Below are positions 59,201 to 64,000 of a DNA stretch of 64,000 bases, piece by piece. Source of the stretch: an uncultured Clostridia bacterium (GTDB lineage: Bacteria > Bacillota > Clostridia > Oscillospirales > Oscillospiraceae); assembly GCA_946411835.1 (NCBI GenBank), contig CAMKFK010000001.1, positions 11,434 to 75,433 on the forward strand, in the 5' to 3' direction. Positions within the stretch are counted from its first letter, which is position 1; every line of letters begins with the position of its first letter. The translations under genes were made by a program, and so were the position numbers. The notes below the pieces were generated by a model that was given only the letters and a program-made list of their open reading frames with translations, had not been told where the DNA came from and ran no database searches.

Positions 59201-59442
59201 CCGCCAATGAGCGCGTCACCGAAGTCATGTTTGTTTTCGGCACGGTCAAGGCGGGCTTTGCGGAAGTGGAAACGGCCTATCTCTACGGCACGGTCAACAA
59301 GGGGCTGTCCAACGGCAGCAGCATTGTCAACATCGCGGACGTGGGCGGAGTGTATAACGGTCAATGGATCATGGCGGTGTCCCGCTGGAATACCGCCGTC
59401 TATGCCAAGACCAACAAGACCCTGCCCAAGACAGGCTATTAA
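53281..59442 (+). CDS. giant surface adhesin with thioester domain, SpaA/CnaB repeats and terminal LPKTGY
   Basis: AAAGGAG RBS; AYCVNHG and ATQLAIW; ends NKTLPKTGY*. Confidence 0.9.
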   Translation: MKTATTYGKRALSLFLALLMTVSLLSVGASASTIEDGSKTAYMTLGPGHFYLKTTAGTSLGAWGYTYTTNDGLTGPAYCVNHGLHFTNRTLPIDGKYTASPKTAGVFANGYPQHSLDTFLGLYLSQNAILSGLTEEEYAYATQLAIWATLGQLGIDGTPFTAGREQIVQPTGDTQQARVFRAVQLLLNVANAWTFVPQTGMYIRTDEDTLGGNVSVPADMTLEYAADNERYGFKREVIGGKSYYTHKYIFASATSTYYDGYNIEVWADGAPAGTIFTDLNNVELPRGTFRETATWTLPTENKATSLNDNGFEYSGAAKLCIPASTAPNSGDITINCGSYVMQYNIYLAHNESSSEQSYIIADPSKGTLTADAALKWGGIVTETGDLEVMKVDGNGIPLAGAEFTLAGSDGSTRTGTSGADGKVTWDLLNPLYTYTLTEMKPPAGYGVADPITLNIKAARTNYVTVKDSVSKQLTVKKIDKQTGYSLMGAVMAFEQIDGSFYTTKATDHAGMIQLDADQLPIGSYKVYEVAAPEGYELDSTAQTVNWDGLRDVTLTFNNVRKPTLIIYKCDAGNNYSLPYATFEVYRNGQLVTTVTTNQNGLAYVPDVTTGYYTVKETIAPAGYVLDSTEHSVYVNNYDPATTDDPRIAIENKVMPMLRIVKYDAQTKKPLPDTTFAVYRDTALIGEYTTDANGEAFLYDLAPGTYFVKEISAPDTHVVNSTPQEVKLEAGEQNYTLVFLNYLKPGIHLTKLDSQSMTPLVNARFRITEIGGTFSNEYTTDANGEIDLSRLTPASYTVEELAAPDGYLIDDAKRTIKINEGENASFVFTDTKKPVLSVLKYDALREKLLSGATFRIAKIEDGSHYLDRITDTQGSITIENLDPGVYSVQEIDAPTGYIVNSTEYHVQLFPGRTSQLIVCDDKKPDLRIIKKDADTGALLAGATFKINRADGSTLTTEQTDANGEIFLKELDPGVYQITEVSPPTGYLPAEQPSQLVTLEPNKLGTVIFENHIKPTLTVNKIDSVTGDPLKAAKFHITYASNQTFSGEINDLGDFYTDENGQIVISELKDGWYKVSELEPPAGYAIKDPATQEFYILAGKGKTVTFENTPLSALVVFKYDSVTGEAVKNAVFQVKYLSGTSGTGGTVIGTYLTSANGSFTVTGLEAGTYVVEELASDSGHVIDAAPQTAYISGEPQSVVQLYFGNAPKGSLLIKKINSANHAPLSDVQFFITDSTGAVVGNSNGYFTTDSAGTILIDGIAPGTTLIAKETIAKDGYVLDDTPQAAYIKAGQTVTLEFRNAPKGGLIVQKYDGITKEPLAGAQFKITTSSGELVPGNEGLTSSNGVYTTDAQGQIVLTKLTPDTYVVTEVKAPDNYKLDAAPQTVRVNEADTQTVSFYDEPSTTLIIRKFIAGTENEPLSGVAFRVVDGSGAAVGPDDGVYYTDKAGEIVLDGLEPGTTVTAYEIKTPEGYVLDGTPQDILIKAGEVQQLTFWNKRTGALVIRKLDSTTKKPISGAEFSVRYADGRFVDNANGHISSNGVYTTNRNGEIVISGLTGTVVVTEEKAPDGYILDPDSRTQTVTVNAEDTQTLVFYNTPVGGLIITKSDEETGARISGVQFEVRKMNGEIVGQYATDRNGTIRLPGLDSGWYTVTELKAASGYQLDPTPQSVEVKDGQTATLALTNRKTSRILLHKIDADTGKGIYGATFLLYDSNRNPIGEYTSDQDGYVYMDDGLADGRYYVREIKAADGYVLDNELKTVYVRYGSTSEITWRNKAIRGQIQIVKKSANDNPINGLPAGTLLEGAVFEITDKAGNIVDTIKTDRNGRAASKLLPLSRYTVKEVTAPNYYAINPTVFNAYLEHEGQIVNFEVLDESIATGVAIKKTGYAEVMPGQSIKYTLTGIANTSTVPLGSFYWRDTLPGQIALDKIVTGTYNQQLAYKVVYQTNLSGGSYRTLADNLSTTKNYALDARPATLGLAANERVTEVMFVFGTVKAGFAEVETAYLYGTVNKGLSNGSSIVNIADVGGVYNGQWIMAVSRWNTAVYAKTNKTLPKTGY

Positions 59443-59445
59443 GCC

Positions 59446-61257
59446 TTGAAACGGCAAAAGAGCTTTCAGAGCGCCGCCCCCGTGTGGGCGGCGCTCGCCG
59501 TAGTCGTGCTATGGCTCTCGGCGCTGCTGGCCTATGGCTATGAGGACGGCATGACGGTATTTGACCTTATGGGGCGTTTCAGTACCTTGCTGGAGCGCCC
59601 CTTTTCCATAAGGTGGACGCCGCACACGCTGAAATTCATGCTGACCGGGCTTGTGGTCTACGCGATGGGCGTGGGCTTGTACTACACCAACCGCGAGAAC
59701 CGGCGTCCGGGCGAGGAATACGGCTCGGCAAAGTGGGGCGACCCGCAGGCGCTATGCCGTAAGTACATGGATAAAGATAATCCGAGGATGAATGTCATTC
59801 TCACCATGCACGTTATGATCGGCATGGACGGCCACAAGCACCGGCGCAACCTCAACATCCTTGTCGTGGGCGGTTCCGGCGCGGGCAAGACACAATTCTT
59901 CTGCATCCCCGGACTGATGAGCGCCAACTGCTCCTTTCTTATCACCGACCCGAAAGGCGAAATGCTCCGCGCCGTGGGGCAGCTCCTGATTGATGAGGGA
60001 TACGACGTTAAGGTGTTCAACCTCATTGATCCGAGCCAGTCCGATTGCTACAACCCGTTTGTGTATCTGCACGATGAAAAGGACGTGCTGAAGCTGATCG
60101 ACAGTCTGATCAAGAACACAACGCCCAAGAACGCATCGAACAACGATCCCTTTTGGGAAAAGGCCGAGATCGCGCTCGACTCTGCGCTGATTCTCTACCT
60201 CATGGACTTCGCGCCGCCGGAGGAACAGAACTTTGAAACGGTGCTTTATATGCTGGAATTTGCGGACGTGCGTGAGGAGGACGACCAATTCCAAAGCCCG
60301 TTGGATATGCTGTTCAAGGCGCTGGAGGAGGAAAACCCCAACCATGTTGCTTTGAAGCAGTACAAGATTTTCAAGCAGGCGGCGGGCAAGACGGCGAAAT
60401 CCATCTTGATCTCCGCAGGTGTGCGCCTTGCCGCGTTCAATATTCCGCAGTACGCCTACATGACGCGGCGCGATGATATGGACTTCGGCTCGCTGGGCGA
60501 GAAGAAGCGCGCTATTTTTTGCGTCATTCCCATCATCGACACCAGCATGAATTATCTGATCGGTATGCTCTACACTCAATGCTTTCAAGAGCTATACGCC
60601 CGTGCGGACGAGAAGTACAACGGGCGCTTGCCCATTCCCGTGCGCGTCATTCAAGACGAATGGGCGAACGTCGCGCAGCCGGACAGCTATCCGAAAGTCC
60701 TTGCGACGTGCCGCAGCTACAACATCGGCCTCAACATCATCGTGCAGAATATCCAGAACATCAAGGCGCTCTATGAAAAGGAGTGGGAGAGCATCATCGG
60801 CAACTGCGATACGCTCCTGTTCCTCGGCGGCGGCAACGAGCCGACGTCGCTGGAATTTATGGTCAAGCTGCTGGGTAAGGAAACGCTGGACACGCGGACG
60901 CACGGGCAGACAAAAGGGCGCAACGGCTCCAGCTCCACCAACTACCAGCAGGCGGGGCGCGAGCTGATGATGATTGACGAGCTGCGTATGATGGACACCG
61001 ACGACGCACTGCTGCTGATCCGCGGCGAGCGCCCGGTCATGGATAAGAAGTACAACATTTTCAAGCACCCCAATTTTGCGCGGACAGAGCGCGGCGGCGC
61101 AAAGCCCTATGTGCATAGACCGACGCCGGATTATGCGCTCCCCGACCTACCATATCAGTTTACGTCGCTTGACGACATTGAAATTATTGAATTGGAGGAA
61201 TCCGAACATGAATATGAAGAACAGCAAGACCAGCAAGGTCAACAGCAAGGCGACTGA
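59446..61257 (+). CDS. virD4: VirD4/TraG-like type IV coupling protein
   Basis: N-terminal TMs; EEYGSAKWG; GGSGAGKT; ITDPKGE; QDEWANV. Confidence 0.92.
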   Translation: MKRQKSFQSAAPVWAALAVVVLWLSALLAYGYEDGMTVFDLMGRFSTLLERPFSIRWTPHTLKFMLTGLVVYAMGVGLYYTNRENRRPGEEYGSAKWGDPQALCRKYMDKDNPRMNVILTMHVMIGMDGHKHRRNLNILVVGGSGAGKTQFFCIPGLMSANCSFLITDPKGEMLRAVGQLLIDEGYDVKVFNLIDPSQSDCYNPFVYLHDEKDVLKLIDSLIKNTTPKNASNNDPFWEKAEIALDSALILYLMDFAPPEEQNFETVLYMLEFADVREEDDQFQSPLDMLFKALEEENPNHVALKQYKIFKQAAGKTAKSILISAGVRLAAFNIPQYAYMTRRDDMDFGSLGEKKRAIFCVIPIIDTSMNYLIGMLYTQCFQELYARADEKYNGRLPIPVRVIQDEWANVAQPDSYPKVLATCRSYNIGLNIIVQNIQNIKALYEKEWESIIGNCDTLLFLGGGNEPTSLEFMVKLLGKETLDTRTHGQTKGRNGSSSTNYQQAGRELMMIDELRMMDTDDALLLIRGERPVMDKKYNIFKHPNFARTERGGAKPYVHRPTPDYALPDLPYQFTSLDDIEIIELEESEHEYEEQQDQQGQQQGD

Positions 61258-61567
61258 TTTGACGCAGCGCAATCGCAGGGCGCGGCGGTACTGGACGGCG
61301 GCGACGGTGTTCGCCGTCTTTCTGATGTCCGCGACGCCCGCCCTCGCAGCCAGCGACCCGCTCACCATTGTCAACAATCTGTCCGACTTCATTTTTTCCA
61401 TCATCAAGGCGCTGGGCGTCATCATTCTCGGCTGGGGCATCGTGCAGGTGGGCATGAGCATCCAGAGCCATGACGCGAGCCAGAGGACGCAAGGCTTTCT
61501 CTGCCTGTTCGGTGGGCTGCTGATTGCCTTCGCAAAGGAAATTCTGACTTCCATCGGCGCAGTATAA
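61208..61567 (+). CDS. VirB2/pilin-like (Maff2-type) small membrane protein
   Basis: GGAGGA RBS; signal ...TPALA|ASDP followed by two hydrophobic helices; lies between virD4 and virB6. Confidence 0.7.
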   Translation: MNMKNSKTSKVNSKATDLTQRNRRARRYWTAATVFAVFLMSATPALAASDPLTIVNNLSDFIFSIIKALGVIILGWGIVQVGMSIQSHDASQRTQGFLCLFGGLLIAFAKEILTSIGAV

Positions 61568-61629
61568 GAAGAAAGAGCGGGAGATTTGCCGTGCGGCGGA
61601 TCTCCCGCTCCCGTCAAGGAGGCGATATT

Positions 61630-62469
61630 TTGGATAATAACTGGATCGTCGATAACCTGCAAAACGCGCTGACCACATGGAACGACAAGCTCGCGGAAAT
61701 GTGGACACTGCTGACCGAATCGCCGCAGACGTTCAAGGGCGGCACGGTTTGGAGCGCCGTCACAACCATCAACGGCGCGATGCAGGCCATCGGCTACGGG
61801 CTTTTGGTACTGTTCTTTGCCATCAGCATTTTCAAAAGCTCCGCGACCTTCCGCGACTTCCAGCGCCCGGAGTTTGTGATAAAGCAGTTTATCTACTTTA
61901 TCCTTGCGAAAGTCGGCATCACCTACGGCATGGACTTGATGACGAACATCTTTAACGTCTGCAACGGCATTGTGGCGACGGCGGCAAGCAGCGTGGGCGG
62001 CATGACCGGCACCTCGGCGGCGCTGCCGAGCGAGATCATCACCGCCATCGAGGACGTGGGATTTTTGGCGAGTATCCCGCTATGGCTTGTATCGCTGCTG
62101 GGAAGCCTGTTTATCACGGTGCTGTCTTTCATTATGATTTTGACTGTCTACGGGCGCTTTTTCAAGCTCTATATGTACGCCGCGCTCTCGCCCATCGCGC
62201 TGGCGTCCTTTGCCGGGGAGAACACAACGCACTTCGGCAAGGCGTTTTTGCGGAGCTATATCGGCGTGTGCATGGAGGGCGCGGTCATTGTGCTGGCCTG
62301 CATCATCTTCTCGGCGTTCGCGTCCAGCGGTACGCCCGCCTTTGATCCCGACGCTTCGGTGGTGTCGCAGGTGTGGAGCTATCTCGGAGAAGTGGTGTTC
62401 AATATGCTTGTGCTTGTCGGGCTGGTGAAGTCTGCGGATCATATCGCAAAGGAAATGTTTGGCCTATGA
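61630..62469 (+). CDS. VirB6-like polytopic T4SS membrane protein
   Basis: VYGRFFKLYMYAALSPIALASFAG...GKAFLRSYIGVCMEG. Confidence 0.8.
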   Translation: MDNNWIVDNLQNALTTWNDKLAEMWTLLTESPQTFKGGTVWSAVTTINGAMQAIGYGLLVLFFAISIFKSSATFRDFQRPEFVIKQFIYFILAKVGITYGMDLMTNIFNVCNGIVATAASSVGGMTGTSAALPSEIITAIEDVGFLASIPLWLVSLLGSLFITVLSFIMILTVYGRFFKLYMYAALSPIALASFAGENTTHFGKAFLRSYIGVCMEGAVIVLACIIFSAFASSGTPAFDPDASVVSQVWSYLGEVVFNMLVLVGLVKSADHIAKEMFGL

Positions 62470-62485
62470 GTGGAGGTGTAAGATT

Positions 62486-63028
62486 ATGAACAAGGGCGAT
62501 CACTTGATTTGGAGCAACTATCATATTGACTACAAGGATTGGAAAGAAGATATGGAGCAGGAATTTCCTGACCTGTCAGACGATGAACGCTATTACAAGA
62601 TGTTGGAAATCAATGAGGATTATTTGGACGATGAGCGCGTCAACTTGGATATTCAGCTTTCGCAGCCGATCCTTGTGATTGGCAGTCTTGGACTATGGAA
62701 CGGACGTCATAGCGGATACCGCGAAATCGAAAGCGGCAATATCCGTGACTGCCTTTCTGCGCGCCACGACTATACGACATGGTATGTGGATAGGCACGGC
62801 GACCTTCGCTGCGACGATATTCACCACGACGGCACAAATCACTATCTTTATCGTGTGTTCAAGGACGGCGTGAGCGAGCAGCAGCGGGATAGGCTGAAAA
62901 GCCGCATTTACTCCGGCGTTGTAACAAGATCGGAAATAACGCGCCTGACACGTCGGCTGGGCGATGAAATCGGGAAAGTCTACGGCTGGCGCTTCCCGCA
63001 ACGGACAGTATCACGGGAGGCAAGATAA
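62486..63028 (+). CDS. conserved ICE hypothetical protein (paralog of 12413-12961)
   Basis: GGAGGT RBS; high similarity to the left copy. Confidence 0.85.
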   Translation: MNKGDHLIWSNYHIDYKDWKEDMEQEFPDLSDDERYYKMLEINEDYLDDERVNLDIQLSQPILVIGSLGLWNGRHSGYREIESGNIRDCLSARHDYTTWYVDRHGDLRCDDIHHDGTNHYLYRVFKDGVSEQQRDRLKSRIYSGVVTRSEITRLTRRLGDEIGKVYGWRFPQRTVSREAR

Positions 63029-63366
63029 TGGAAATCAAAATCAACAAAGAAATCCGCAACTATAAGGAAACGCTCTTTTTCGGCCTGTCCCTGCGGCAAT
63101 TCATTTGTTCGGTACTTGCCGTTGGCGTCGCTGTGGCGCTTTACTTCGCACTGCGGAATGTGCTTGACCGTGAAACGGTGAGCTGGCTCTGCATCGTCGG
63201 CGCGGCTCCCGTCGCCGTCGCCGGCTTTTTCAAGTACAACGGCATGACGCTGGAAAAATTCGTGTGGGCTTGGTTCAAATCGGAGTTTCTTATGGCCGGA
63301 AACCGCGTCTGGAAGTCCGAAAACTACTATCTGACCGCAATCGAAAAGGAGGGCAAGAAGCGTTGA
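63028..63366 (+). CDS. prgI: PrgI family (VirB3-like) protein
   Basis: MEIKINKEIRNYKETLFFGLSLRQ...GFFKYNGMTLEKF. Confidence 0.9.
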   Translation: MEIKINKEIRNYKETLFFGLSLRQFICSVLAVGVAVALYFALRNVLDRETVSWLCIVGAAPVAVAGFFKYNGMTLEKFVWAWFKSEFLMAGNRVWKSENYYLTAIEKEGKKR

Positions 63367-64000
63367 AACTGTTTCAATTCAAGCGCAGCGCGGAGCGCGA
63401 CCCGTTCGCCATCCCACGCAGCGTCCAGCGATCCATTCCCATCAAGCGCATCTATAAAGACGGCATATTTGAGGTGAGCGGCAAGTTTTCAAAGACTTGG
63501 CGCTTTTTTGATGTCAATTACAAAGTGGCGTCGCTGGACAAGCAGATGGAGCTTTTCATGGCCTACTGCGCGTTTCTCAACTCGCTGCCCGTGAGCGCCG
63601 CGGCGAAAATCACGCTGTTCAACCGACGCTTAAACCAACGGGCGTTCAGCAGCGCGCTCATGCTGGAATTTGAGGGCGACGGGCAAGACCAATACCGCGC
63701 CGAGTACAACGACCTTCTGACGGACAAGGCCGCAGACAGCAACAACCTCATTCAAGAGAAGTACATCACGATCTCGGTGGAAAAGAAGAACATTGAGGAG
63801 GCGCGGACGTTTTTCAACCGCGTCCATACCGACCTCACAAATGGGCTTGCACGGCTCGACTCCGCGATCCGCGAGGTCAACATCAACGAGCGCCTGCGCC
63901 TGTTCCATGACTTCTTTCGCCCCGGCGAGGAGCAGAACTTCCGCTTTGACCTCGCGGAAACCATGCGGCGCGGTCACGACTTCAAGGACGCCATCGCGCC
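63363..64000 (+). CDS. virB4: VirB4/TraE-like T4SS ATPase, 3'-truncated by window edge
   Basis: TTG start overlapping the prgI stop; IPRSVQRSIPIKRIYKDGIF...FSKTWRFFDVNY N-terminus; open to the window end; ATPase motifs lie beyond it. Confidence 0.8.
   Translation, partial: MKLFQFKRSAERDPFAIPRSVQRSIPIKRIYKDGIFEVSGKFSKTWRFFDVNYKVASLDKQMELFMAYCAFLNSLPVSAAAKITLFNRRLNQRAFSSALMLEFEGDGQDQYRAEYNDLLTDKAADSNNLIQEKYITISVEKKNIEEARTFFNRVHTDLTNGLARLDSAIREVNINERLRLFHDFFRPGEEQNFRFDLAETMRRGHDFKDAIA

Larger units (their letters stand above)
32092..64000 (+). mobile_element. right ICE conjugative module (continues past window end)
   Basis: repA_N, parAB, relaxase/MobC, VirD4, VirB2-, VirB6-, PrgI- and VirB4-like genes, all co-oriented. 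Confidence 0.9.

Noticed and set aside
54682-59457. Minus-strand ORFs of about 590 aa opposite the right adhesin
   Set aside because: Same antisense artefact.

Overview
GC-rich Firmicutes (Clostridia/Oscillospiraceae-like) mobile DNA. Two paralogous ICE-type modules diverge from a central junction. That junction holds the 3' half of a tRNA-Arg(CCT) (att core, 31739-31783) with ATTAGC repeats on both sides and no adjacent integrase. The left module (minus strand, 29641->1264) has parA-parB, a four-gene surface cassette (membrane-anchored protein, sortase, transglutaminase-like protein, giant thioester-domain/SpaA adhesin), small genes and a 3397-aa ArdC-like/MutS-I/LPD11/N6-methylase/SNF2 polyvalent protein, but no relaxase or T4SS genes in view. 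The right module (plus strand, 32092->end) has truncated repA_N with iterons, parA-parB, small genes, a 2898-aa paralogous polyvalent protein, toprim, oriT-mobC-relaxase, PcfB, an ArdC-like gene, the same surface cassette, and virD4-virB2-virB6-prgI-virB4. Three signals stand out, each present in both diverged modules: (1) a TnpV gene with its own promoter and RBS nested in the +1 frame of each giant polyvalent gene; (2) adhesins ending in LPKTGY-stop with no membrane anchor, beside an apparently secreted sortase; (3) a charged C-terminal tail ending in Arg on about 20 cytoplasmic proteins, a candidate T4SS export signal. All family calls are from motif recognition by eye, not database searches.
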